This document shows positions 1 through 13,716 of a DNA stretch of 64,000 nucleotides, piece after piece (positions within the stretch are counted from its first letter, which is position 1; every line of letters starts with the position of its first letter). The notes beneath the pieces are model-generated. The model did not search any database and was not told the DNA's origin. It saw only the letters and a program-made list of their open reading frames with translations. Source of the DNA: Dimorphilus gyrociliatus (taxonomy: Eukaryota > Animalia > Annelida); contig CAJFCJ010000006.1 in assembly GCA_904063045.1 (NCBI GenBank), positions 2,718,946-2,782,945 of the forward strand, written 5' to 3'. The translations under genes were made by a program, and so were the position numbers.

Positions 1-97
1 AAAAATTTTTCACATTTTTTCAATTTTCCTCAGCGAATGAGCTAAATATAGATTTTTCTTCTTAATTCATTTAGAAAGATAAAAAAGAAAGGAAAAA

Positions 98-1117
98 ATG
101 AAACTGTGGCATGCTAAGGTTATAGCGCTTTTTGTTATTTGCACAACACAAGCGATATTCGTTCATTTGCCTATTAAAATTGCTCCATATTTTTATAAAA
201 AGGGGCAAAAAGGACAAAAGCTTATTCAATTTTTTCAATGTTTTGCCGGAGGTATTTTCTTTGGAATTTATTTGCTTCATATGGCGCCAGAAGTTAGAGA
301 ACTGTTGGAAGAACAACTTCTAGACAAGCATAATATTGATTATCCTATTCCGGAAGTAATTATGGGAGGTGGTTTCTTTTTTGTCCTGTTCTTAGAAAAG
401 TTTGTTCATGTTATATATTTTCGGTCGCAAAAGAACAAACAGGTATCGTCGATTGAACAGAGTCAGCAGGATGTTGAAAAGGAACCAAACGGAAGCATGG
501 TAATGACGACTCACGGTCAAGAAAATCATACAGATGTTACTCACGATCATACTCATGCAGTTCAACCAGCTCATTCTCATGTACACTTCAGATCGATTCT
601 TTTCCTTTTGGCTTTATCTCTTCATTGCGTTTTTGAAGGTATTGCAGTTGGTCTTAAGAAGACTGAAAAAGGAGTATGGACTATGATGGCAGCCATTTGC
701 GCTCATGAAATTGTCGTCTCTTTTTGTCTTGGTTTAAATCTCTATAAAACCTATAAAGATAACATAAAAAGATTTGTCCTGTGTGGTATAATCTATTCTA
801 TAGATTCACCAATTGGAGTTGCAATTGGTACCATTATCACAAGCACTGGCGGAAATCCAGATAAAGTTGATCTAATTAACGGAATTCTTCAGGGTATCGC
901 AGCTGGAACTTTTATCTATGTTACATTTTTCGAAATCCTATACGGAAACCTCAATCACGATACACCGTTAGTTATGCTACTAGCAATGCTTGTCGGTTTT
1001 GGAGTTATGTGCGGATTAAAAGCAATTCCAGAAGGTGACGAGCCCGACACACCTGCAAATGCAACTGTAAAAGCTCTTTTCAATATGGACAACTCACTTT
1101 ACAAATTACAATTATAG
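98..1117 (+). CDS. ZIP (SLC39A1/2/3-like) zinc transporter, intronless, 339 aa
   Basis: Multiple TM helices, His-rich loop HTDVTHDHTHAVQPAHSHVH, TM4 LSLHCVFEGIAVG and TM5 AHEIVVSF motifs, and C-terminal GIAAGTFIYVTFFEIL, typical of ZIP subfamily II. Confidence 0.93.
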   Translation: MKLWHAKVIALFVICTTQAIFVHLPIKIAPYFYKKGQKGQKLIQFFQCFAGGIFFGIYLLHMAPEVRELLEEQLLDKHNIDYPIPEVIMGGGFFFVLFLEKFVHVIYFRSQKNKQVSSIEQSQQDVEKEPNGSMVMTTHGQENHTDVTHDHTHAVQPAHSHVHFRSILFLLALSLHCVFEGIAVGLKKTEKGVWTMMAAICAHEIVVSFCLGLNLYKTYKDNIKRFVLCGIIYSIDSPIGVAIGTIITSTGGNPDKVDLINGILQGIAAGTFIYVTFFEILYGNLNHDTPLVMLLAMLVGFGVMCGLKAIPEGDEPDTPANATVKALFNMDNSLYKLQL

Positions 1118-1352
1118 TTTTCTTTTTTTTTTTTAAAAAGAAAAAGAATAATTCTAATTCTCTATTAATTATTTAGGTCAATTTTGTAAATATTTTACTA
1201 TATTTATTTATATATAACTGTTATTTTTAAATGCATTAGTTTAATAAAACAAAAGTAGTTATTTAAATAAATTTTTCACACGACTTTACGTAAAGAATTC
1301 AAAGCTGAAACTCTTTTAAAATATCAACTGTTAACGTTAATGTAGTACTGAA

Positions 1353-4300
1353 ATGAATAATACTACATTTCTTAATCAAATTTTTAAGAATAATATAACT
1401 AATTCCAGTTCTGTAGGTCAGAATGATAATAGGGATTATGGATTAGATCATTTTTTCATAATACTATGTCTTCTTCCGATATCTGCATGCGTTAAACAGA
1501 TTATGGAGAAATTAATTATACCTTATACATTAATACTATTTATTGGCGGAGTGCTTATTTATCAATTCCTGAAAAACAATAATGAATTCCAAGATAGATT
1601 AGTATGGATTAGAGAAACACAATGCGATTTTCTAGGTTATATTCTTGTTCCTCCAATAGTTTGTATTAGTATTTTAAATATGAATAATCTTGATGGATTT
1701 AAGACAAAATACCAAATTATAACTCTGGGGGTGATAGGCTATTTTGCAACGTCGTTTATTGGTGGATTATTCGCAACGTATATGCTCAATTATACTTGGA
1801 CTGTTAAGGATGGGATTGTTTTTGGTTCGATAATATCGGTCATTGACCCTGCAAGTATAAATGATTCTCTAAAGAGAAACAATATCATGAGAAAGCATAC
1901 TATTCATATCTTAAATGGTGAAGTGTCCTTTCAGAATATAATTTGCTTGGTTTTATTTATTACCAATAATACGTTATCTCATAATCCAATCCATACCAGA
2001 TACACTCTTATCCTATTTTCAGTCAGATTGCTTTTATCACCTGTTATCGGATACATTATCGGATACATCATAACAGTTATTATTAATTTAATGTTAAATA
2101 ACATAAATATGCAAATTATTTTCATTTGGTCAATAAGTTTATTAAGTTATTACTCAGCTGAAGTGCATTGTTGGGGAATAGGTGTTTTGGCTCTATCAAG
2201 TATAATCTATACACTTAAATCGAGAAGTACATTACTTCAAACAGTTAAAATTTTCCAGAAAATATCATCTTTCTGGAATTTATTGCTGTTTATTTCGGAG
2301 ACTTTAATCTTTTTTTTAGCTGGACTTACAGTCTGTAAAAGTATAGCGAATATGACGAAACCTAAAGATTTCGTAAACTGTCTTATCTTATATTTAGTAT
2401 TGAACTTTGTAAGAGGATTCGTTCTTTTATTAAGCTATCCGACTTTGAAGAGGTTAGGTAATGGTTTTAATTGGCAAGAATTGATAATATTTATAATATC
2501 TGGGGTGAAAGGGTCTATGAGCTTAATTCTGGCTATATGCTTTAAAGGCAATGGCAAAGAGAAACTACTAATTGCTGTTGTATTCTGTACATGTCTATCT
2601 TTATTTATAAATAGGATTTTATTGGAAATCTTTAGTAAGAAAATAGGATTAAGAAAGTTATTAAATACCCGAAAATGTCGTCTGAAGGCTGCTTTAAAAT
2701 ACCTTAAAAATGAGGGTGAATTCATGAAAAATGCCTTAAAATCAGATACGCTATTGGCAGATGCTAACTGGGACATAGTTGATAAGAGAACCAGATTTTC
2801 TCATTCCATAAGAGTAGTTAGTGATTATTGCGGTTTGAAAATGATCTAATTGTATTTAAAAAAAACCCTTTCGCTAATTACTTAAAGGAAGAAGACGAAG
2901 TTGAATCGTATTCCCTAACGTATCTTACCGCAACTCGGAGGGCGACGTGTCCCAACTGCCAATTAAATATCAAATCGGAACCAACGCCGCAAGAATCTGA
3001 AAGAATGAAGAAAGAAGCTTATAGGAGATTCTTAAATGCTCAACTCTTCTCGTTTAGAAAACAACTTCAATGCGGTATGATATCAAAAGATGCATGTAAA
3101 ATTCTGATAGGTAATGTTGTTAACAATCTAAACGATGGAAATCATATATCGCCAATCATCGACCTTGAATCGAATCTTAGAATGAGTCCTATAATTCGTT
3201 GGATAGCTTCAATTGAGAAACAAAACAAAGTAGCAGCATATATGGATTTCATAGAAGAACCTATAAATATTTATGAATCATCAATTAAATTCGATAAATG
3301 GTACAGACTATCAAATTCCTTAACTGTAACAGTACTCATTCAAATAGTATCTTTGATAGTGGTCATCCTTTATTCGTGTCGACTTTTTGGCTCGTGTAAA
3401 CACCAATCAACGTTTATCTTTATTTGCTCATTTCAGTCCATTAGTGTTATCTTACTGCTCAATCACATTCTTATAAACGCTTTAAAACGATGTTGTACAA
3501 GATTGTGCGCCGTATTTCTTATTTTTATATTAGAAATTATCATTTTAACTATTGAAACAATCAGTAAAGAGAGTCGTTTATCCTGGTTGAAATTCATTAT
3601 CAAGGTCATATCGTTCATTCTAACTTCATGTCTTGGAAAATGTTGCCATAATCCTATAAATAAACTTATTAAATCATTTTTAAATTTATTAAAGAATGTT
3701 AAAGATGAGATTATTTATAAAAGAATTAGAAAAGGCTATGAAATCGTACAAGGTTCTCTACAATCTCATGAATATGCCGAAAAACAATTAGATTGTATAA
3801 TTGATGATGAATGGATTATTGATAAATTGAAAGATAATATTAAAAAATTTCAATCAGAAACTAGAAAAGGGTTAAACAAATTCCAAAATCAGCAAACAGG
3901 TGTTATTGTGTCAGTTAAAACTGAACAGGAAAGTACTCTATGATTATCATATTTACATATTTAACATAGAAATATTTATGATATTTAAACCATCAGGCGT
4001 GTAGGAATATACTATTTCATATGAGAGATCAATTAGAAGATTTATGCGAAAACGCTTTGCTAGACGATGATGAAGGTGAAGAGCTACTTAATATGATAAA
4101 TGAAAGATTAAGAAAATTATCCAAGCTTCCATCGTCAATTTCCCCTCCTGTTCCTGAAATGATTATTAAGAATGTTACTTGGATTAATGACGATGATTTA
4201 ATACAGTATTTAAATCATGCAGCAGATTATTATAAACTTATGCCAAAAGATTGCTTTAAATTAGAAACTGATAAAGATTTACTAATTACTCAAAACGATA

Positions 4301-5112
4301 GGATAGCAATTAAAAAGTCCCTATATATTATTTTATCAGGTCTGGTCTCTTATGAATATGAATCCTACGAAAATTTTGGCAATTCTCTCGAAGAACGAAG
4401 ACTAAAGAAGTTAAACGATACTCTAACATCTGGTAGTGTAGTTGGTGAATTGGAATTGTTGATTGATCAGCGCGAAAGTAATAAGGAATTAGTATGTGAA
4501 ACCGCTAGTCAAATTTACGTTATTGAATTCGATCGGATTCGTTCAGCATTCAACCTATACGAAAAATTAGAATTAAACCTCTGGAAAAGTGTTAGTATTA
4601 AGATTGCCGCCGATATTTTAGGTCTAAAGCCAAAGTATAAAAAATGGACGAAATCCAAGATAAAAGCTCTTCTTCATAGGTCTGATTTATATTTACATCG
4701 TTGTGTCTCTCTAGAGCAATGGCAAAACGGAGGTGGTGAAAGGAAAATCGACCTAAATAGAAGTTCTTTTTCTGATGTTATACTCATTTATGGTCGAGCG
4801 GTTGCTCAAAGATCGAAATCCATTTTACAAGGACCAATTTATTTACAACCAGAAGTTGAAGAATTAACACTTATACCAACTCTTGATGGTCGAACTTCCT
4901 TCCTTACAGCTAAGCACGTGGTTCTTAGTATCCCTACGAATTTTGCTATACTTTCATCTATGCATAGTGTAACAAAGATATCTTGCGAAGGGTCCTCCTG
5001 TCTTGAACACTCGGACGAATGCCAGAAAAATGTTAAACATGATAAAAGTTCCAATTATTCTTCCAATTCTCCCTTTCATAGTCGAACTCAAACTCCAGTA
5101 AATAGTAAATGA
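1353..5112 (+). CDS. SLC9C-like (sperm-type Na+/H+ exchanger: NHE, voltage-sensor-like and CNB domains), 3 exons, about 1205 aa, divergent
   Basis: Three ORFs joined by intron 2814/2817-2887 (GT..GCTAAT..AAG, phase 0) and intron 3929-3996 (GA..CAG, phase 0). Motifs seen: VPPI, IDPAS, LNGE, CPNC, SVKTEQ/ACRNIL, PSSISPPVPE..IKNVTWI, and CNB-like YIILSG..GSVVGE..CET. Confidence 0.85.
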
Positions 5113-5276
5113 TTTAAACTGAAATATTTATTATTTCTGTTTTTTTTTTACTTTAATTTATGTCTCTTTTTTTAAATAAACTAATTTAAAGTTGAAAGTT
5201 TAAGTCATTTAGAAATGTCTTCCGTAGTCCCTTAGTTTAGTAAGACCCCATTTCCTGTGGATATTCAACCGCTATC

Positions 5277-7164
5277 ATGAGTTCAAGGAAGAAAGGTGAC
5301 TTGTCGGAAAATGAAAAAAAATTAATAGATGCATCTCTAAATGGTAAGTCAAATTAAATATGTTTCATTGTTTATTTCATTTAAAATTTTCTTTAACTTA
5401 ACAACAAACATAACTATGTCCAATTTTCGTCTACATCCATAATCCGCGTTAAATATTTTAGGGAATGTGGAGGACATACGAAACTTACTGGCGGAGAAAG
5501 ATGTTTTTGTTGACTGTTTGGATTCGGTTTGTTATCAATATAGATCTTTATGTTTGTTTGTAATAGTTGTGTAATCATTCTAGTCTGGTATGACACCTCT
5601 TCATCACGCGGCATTTAAAGGGAAGTTGGATTCTGTGAAGTTGCTTTTAGCCCACGGCGCGGACGTCAATTCTCCTTACCACGAGCAAGATTATAGTATT
5701 TTGATGATGGGAGCTATATCAGGTGAGAACTTTTATTAAAAATTAAATCAGCTAATAAACTTTCTATAAAAAGGAAACGTTGATGTGACGAGAACCCTTT
5801 TGGAAGCTGGCGCTAAAACTTCAAGAGAGAATAAAGTTGGTAGAACAGCGACACAAATGGCAGCTTTCGTTGGACAACATCAGTGTGTTTCACTGATTAA
5901 TAATTTTTTTTCCAGAGAAGACTTAGACTACTATTGCGTTCCAAGAGGTAAAACCATTTCTGTGCCTTACACCTATGTCTTGACATGAATTTATTTATTC
6001 ATTTAAAATATAGGTTTAGAAACTGAACCAAAGTTACCACCTGAATTGGCGGATACCGTCTACAGACTTATTCTAAGTTCAAGTTTAAATCCTGTCAAAG
6101 TAAGTAGATACGACTTTAAAAATATATTAATAAAGTTATTAAAAACTTTATTATAGTAACTAATGTTTAAAATCATTCAACAGATTACTTTATACTTACA
6201 AGCCAATCCACAACTAATAGTTAATTCAAAAATAATATGCAAACTATTCGATCTTTTATGTGAAAAGATGATGAAGAGTACTCACACAAACGAAGTATAT
6301 ATCAACTTTTGAAATATTTAACCTATGCATGTTTTAATCCTTTAATTTCTTATATATTTTAGATTATGGCCCTTAAGTTTCATTATTTATCTTTTATTAT
6401 AAAATCGGTTACTGATTTTCATGAGAAGGAAAATAGTGATTTAAGTGGTTTTTTGAAGGCGTAAATACAAATTTAATTGATTTTTATACGAGAATAAGGA
6501 TTTACCATTTTTACATAATATTTTAACAGATTGTTAAGAGTAAGAACTGATGGATGTTTCGAAACAACTGAGAAACTTATAAGAGGAGCTCTAAAATCAT
6601 TCCCTTATGTAGAAAGTCAACTTTTTAAACAACTTGTACGACAGCTATGCGATGCAAGAATGGTACTTTCTTCAATTTTCTAAAAGTTAATAAAATAACT
6701 ATTAGAATTATCTTCTTTTAAAAGGGTGTACCATCGGCTCTTGGGGTTTTGAGTAGCGGCATAAACGGTCAACGATTTGCATCCGAGGAAGACAAAGAAT
6801 GCGAATGTTGCGGTGAATTGAAAGCAAAAATGAAATGTTCCGCCTGTAAAATGGTTCACTATTGTAACAGTCAATGCCAAAAACTACAATGGTTTGTCCA
6901 TAAAAAACAATGTAAAAGACTAGGAGGTTTGTACAAGTTGTATACAACTTTTATATCTTTTAACTTTTATATCTTGTTTCAAAAACAGAATTATACCTGG
7001 AGAATCAAGAACGCATAAAACTAGAGAAAGAAGAGGAAGAGAGAAGAAAACTAGAAGAAGAAAAAGCCAAAGAAGATGTAAAAGACGATTTGGAAGAATG
7101 TCAAGAGAAAATATCTGAAATGCTAACTGAAAAAGAGGAAAACATCGAAAATACGAAAAATTAA
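5277..7164 (+). CDS. ANKMY2: Ankyrin repeat and MYND domain protein 2, multi-exon
   Basis: Ankyrin repeats ([40 protein letters not shown]), EPKLP and LNPVK segments, and MYND finger [32 protein letters not shown]. Introns traced are GT-AG. Confidence 0.92.
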
Positions 7165-7557
7165 AAAGAAAATCTATTTTAATATTTGGTTTGTTTCTTT
7201 GTCTGTGTTTAGAATTTCTTTTGTAGTTAATTATATGTGTATTGTTTATTTCATTGAATGTGGAGTTGTTTGAATTTTACCCAAAAAGTAAATCTGTTAG
7301 ATGTAACAAAATGTGAGCAATACATTGTATAAAACTTACAGACACGAGAAATTTTTGTATTTTAATAATTAAGACAATCAATCAAATATAATTGTAGACT
7401 ATTTATTTAACATATATTCTATATAAAGGTAGAGTCTGCCATCTATTTTATAAGATTAAATAGCAGTTCAGCCTTTTCTTTGTTTTAAAAAAATTGAACA
7501 GTAATAAAATACTGTTGTAGAAAACTTTAAATATCACTGCATTATCTTTGTCATAAG

Positions 7558-8786
7558 CTATAGAATTAGTTGATTTAGTAGAGTACCGTCAATTTGTAAA
7601 ATTTCGTTGCATCCAAGAAGTGATATAGACGATAAACCATAAAGCGTATCCAATGAATTAGGCTTTTTTCCTATTGACTGAATAAATCCACCGTACACTT
7701 TGTTTTGTAGCCTTAAAAGTTTAGCCTTAAATTGATTTTTATCTAGAATATCCAAAGATCCTTTTAGAATCTGCAGAAAATAGATAATGATTTTTACTAG
7801 AAAATTATTTAACAATTATTCATTTCTTAATACCTGTACAGACGATAAAGTAAGAAAATATGATGCAATACTCCTATCTTCGTTCTTAAATTCAATTAAT
7901 TTTGATGATACGTCATCAAAATGATTGACAATTCCAGACAGTTCGGCTAAAGCTAAAATATAATTTGCAGATCTGAGTTCGTTTTCAGAAGTATGGCAGT
8001 TTTCAAAAACTTGTTTATAGTTCTATAATATTAAAAAAAAATCAATTAATTAATTCAATAGAATAAGAATATATTATATTATTTATTACGTTGTTTTTTA
8101 TTAGTCTTGTAAGTTCATTCTGATCAGCTTCGGAAAAGCTACCAATAAATTTCTTAATAATCGTCTGATAAAAAATCATCTTTATCGAACTGTTAGATAA
8201 TAATCAAATAATTATTCGTAAATATTTACATTGATATCAAATAATATACCTATTACTTATAGAGTTATCAATAAAACATTTTAAAAATTTCCTATTTTTT
8301 AGCTGAGAGATATCGTCCCCAATCAATTTTAATAGTAATAATGCATTAGTTGCATTTATTATATCCGAATCTTTAAAAGTAGCTATCTGTTAAAAGAATC
8401 AAATATTTCGATTATTAAATTGAATAAGGCAAAAAAAAAAAAAGAAAACTTTATACTTCATTTATAGCTAAGCATTCTAACGCAAACAGGGCTTTCTTTC
8501 GTAATTCTTTTTCATTCTTAATAATTAAATTATCCTTCCTTAATAATTTTAAAGAAATTAGTACATTGCAAATATTCTTCAACCTGTTTTAAAATATACA
8601 TATATAATATAAACAATTCGCCTTTTAATAATTTTTACCTACTGTTGAACGCTCAATATGTCGTTTTCCTTGTTTATAATTTCACTCAACTCCTTTCTTA
8701 AATAATCATCGTGCAACTGTAATCTGAAGCAATTTAATTGCTTTTGTAGGCTGTCGGCCATCCATTTATCTTGAATTACTTGCAGC
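7558..8786 (-). CDS. Degenerate second GGTase-I beta-like domain (about 300 aa), probably the 3' exons of the PGGT1B gene
   Basis: Exons 8786-8643, 8583-8457, 8386-8250, 8189-8090, 8022-7834 and 7770-7558 splice (all GT-AG) into a stop-free frame. It aligns to the PGGT1B domain: FRLQLHDDYL vs FNFKVHSKYF; TFKDS..NALLLLKLIGDDI vs TFKES..SALLSLIILGDDL; GGFIQ..PNSLDTLYGLSSISL vs GGFAK..PDLLHSYFAISSLAL. Confidence 0.8.
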
Positions 8787-8903
8787 CTAATATAATTAGA
8801 ATACTATTAAGATTGGCTAATGCTGTATGTTTGGCATATTATTTACTTGTATAAAGAATATACTACAATTAACATGCATAATTTAGAAATAATGTAGAAA
8901 ACC

Positions 8904-10469
<1,566 letters not shown>

Positions 10470-10780
10470 TAAACATTGGTATTACTAAACTACGATATAA
10501 TGAAGCTCAATCTAGGTATTTTTAAGCACGAATTTATTGAATATATCTCAATTATTAATCTTTATTACATATTTACGAACAAAATTTATATAAACTTTCT
10601 TTTCATAAAAAATAAACAAACAAATAGATAACAAAACAGAAGAGAGATTCGTCCTAAAGAACGTTACTTCTTTACTTGGTTTTGTTTCAAAGTTCATATG
10701 TATTTTTTATCACCACATAACATTGCATAAATCTAATCAAAATCAAACGTTATGTTAATTTTTCTATTACGTAATGCTGT

Positions 10781-13385
10781 TTAACTCTGTAAAGACAAAA
10801 ATTGATAGAAAATATCTACTATTTTGCTATCAACTTCAGAGGTGAAAATCAACTCTTCTAAGGTTTTACTATAGATTTGGATAACAGGTTGATAGAGTTG
10901 AAAAATTTCTTTCAACCGTCCAATTGCCCAACAATACCATGGTGTTAAATGGTTCTCCTGATCCAAATCCGATTCAGATAAATGCTCACCTAAACAAATG
11001 ATAAATCTTTGGAAAATAATAAGGAATAGATTTTTTAAGTTAGTTTTCCCCGTCTCCAATTCATCCTCAAATTCTTTTAATTGTCCTGATGTTGGGATAT
11101 CATGGATGCTAACATCCTCCAGTAAATTAAATGAATTTCTATTTTTCTTTCCCTGAATATATCTTTCATTTAAATTTGCTACCTGCTGTTCAACCCTATT
11201 AATTGTTGTGTGCAAAACATCCCACACATAAAAGCAAGTAAAGTTGGCCTCCATTTCTTCACTGAATATCCAAGATGTAATAGTTGTGGCGTCTATAATT
11301 TGTATTTTTACTAGCTTATCAATTATTAAACTAATCATTTGTTCATTGTTGCGCCAAAGATTGTGAACTGCGTTTAAGATACAAAGTTGAGACTCTTCTG
11401 AGTCTGCGAGAGCTCGAAGAACTTCGTGAAACTTTGTAAGAGCAGCGAGAGAATGGGAAATTGACTTTGAACCCAAATTAAGAAGTGTGGACACAAAAAC
11501 TTGTAGCTTATTATGTTCACAAATATCTTTCTCCTCTATTCCTTCCATTGTAGAGGGCGTCTCTTCCAAAATATCTATTATTTCTTCTGGGCCAACTTTA
11601 CCTTTAATTGCAGCAACTAATTTTTTACTGAGTTCGTTATCACTATAATCAAATTGTGGTTTTGGTTGTGGTGGTCTGTATTTTTCCAGACTATCAGGAG
11701 TGAAGTCGATTACTCGTTGATGATAAGAAAGTTTCATACATCTTATCAATACTTCTTTCAGGAACCTTGACTTTTTAGTATCTTTATCATTACATTCCGC
11801 ATCAGTGATCCAATCGTCCCAGCACCATCGAAATTGAAAATTTGATAAATGATGCGAGAACCAGGTAGCAAATCTGACAACACAAGTAACCTCCATATTA
11901 TCTAGTCTCTCAAATAATAGTTCAGTAGCTTGCGCCAAGACGAGCGGGAATGACGATGGCTGAAGTTTGCAGAGTTCTATGAGTAAAGTACTATAGAAAA
12001 TTTCGATTCTTTTATTCTTTGGTAGCTCAAATAATTTTGAAAATATCACTTCAACTATAAGATAATTAATGGGAGCTCGCGATCTGCACGTAAATTCACT
12101 CAAAGCAGTGGCACAACCTTTTTTGTCAAGATATAACAAGTCTATTATGTAGCTCAGCTGCTCCTCAATAATATATCTTTCAACTGCGTGAGCTCCAGGT
12201 AGAACAGGTCCATCGTGAGGCACATCTGTATAATCAAACAAGCGAAATACAACTTTAGGAACTGGATAAATCACATTGTCATTATAGCTAGGCAAAGTGA
12301 AATTAGGTAAAGTATGCTGAAGAGCTTCACATAAAATGCTATCAAAAGCTTCGTAAGGTCGAATAATGCTAGCTTCCATCCAATCGTTATTTTCCAAATG
12401 TTCAATTTGGGACCATAAGCAATCTAAGTAATCTTCTTGAGCGTGCGGTTCATTAGTTGACCATACTCTTAGAATTTTAAGATGCTCTTTAGATCGTCCA
12501 TTTAAGTAAAATCTTATCGACTTCAACAAGATAATAAAGTCGCGTTCTTTTTTTTCATAAAGAGCTCTTCCAACCCATGGTATTGATGACATAACATAAT
12601 AAACAAGCATATCACGATATACTTGAGAAGTTATCGCTTCTGTATTCGCCATGTCGATCCATACCTTGAGAAATGCCAACAAAGACGCTGCGCTAAGAAC
12701 ATGGCAATTTACCAAATCGCTAATGAAACGAACGATACATCTACTACTCTCCCATTGTTGATCTTGCATACAAGTTTTTAGACGCCTAAGAAGAAGCTCC
12801 AACATCTCGCCTCCAACAGAATAAGAATTAGCATTTATTAGTCCAACAAGAGTAGAATAAACTGTTCCTTTTTCAGGCATTTCTACAACACAATCTGCCA
12901 AAATGCCTAAAATTTCATCTTTATGTTCGGTCATATCCGAATGAAGGACTTTCGATAAAGCTAATAAATTACTCTCTAGAGTTGCCGTACTTTTCTCTCC
13001 AATCTTCATAATTAAATTATTCAATCTTTCCTCCACATCTTGAGTTTCACTCGCTTCAGAATCATTTCTCTGACGAGCATAAGCTGCTATAAATAAAACA
13101 AATAAAAAACAAATCCTTTTTTGCCGTCATTGAAAGTTAGTATAATTTATAAACTATAAATTAAAGTGTACTAAACAGATTATTATATTTATTAGCCTTG
13201 AAAAACTAAACTAATAATTAATATATAGAGAGAAATTAGTCAAAAAGTTTTGAATGTGTAGTATTATAATATATAAATTACTTATCTTTTTTTTAGTTGG
13301 AATTTATCAAGTTTACTCATAAAAGTAAAATAATTAAACAATACTTACAGACTTCATCTCTACTGGAGTATCGCTTCCTTTTCAT
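10781..13385 (-). CDS. NCBP1: Nuclear cap-binding protein subunit 1 (CBP80), 2 exons (intron 13087-13348)
   Basis: KIGEKSTATLESNL, PEKGTVYSTLVGLIN, QEDYLDCLWSQI, RLFDYTDVP and FSHHLSNFQFRWCW. Short first exon MKRKRYSSRDEV with basic NLS-like start, followed by a GTAAGT donor. Confidence 0.95.
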
Positions 13386-13716
13386 GTTTTTTTATTAATT
13401 TTCACTGCAGTTATCTAAATAACGCTAAACTTTTTGTAAAGGAAGTTACAAAATGTCGCGTGGTTGGACATATGCTGAAGTAAGGCTCTCTGTTCAGTAA
13501 TCAATATTACGCAATATAAATTAACTGATATCGGGAACCAGTCGAAATTCCAAATTTTCCAAGAGCTCAGTTTATATTAGATGACATTGTTAAAGTATTT
13601 TTGAATTTGTACTTTATCTGTTTAAAACAGACAAATAATAAAAAGAGATCAATACACATTAGATAATGTTGTATTTGCCTTGAAAAATGCTCTACTTTTC
13701 AAACAATATTTATTCA

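Noticed and set aside
2817-2887. Apparent frameshift between the first two SLC9C ORFs
   Set aside because: An ordinary phase-0 GT-AG intron with a GCTAAT branch site explains it.
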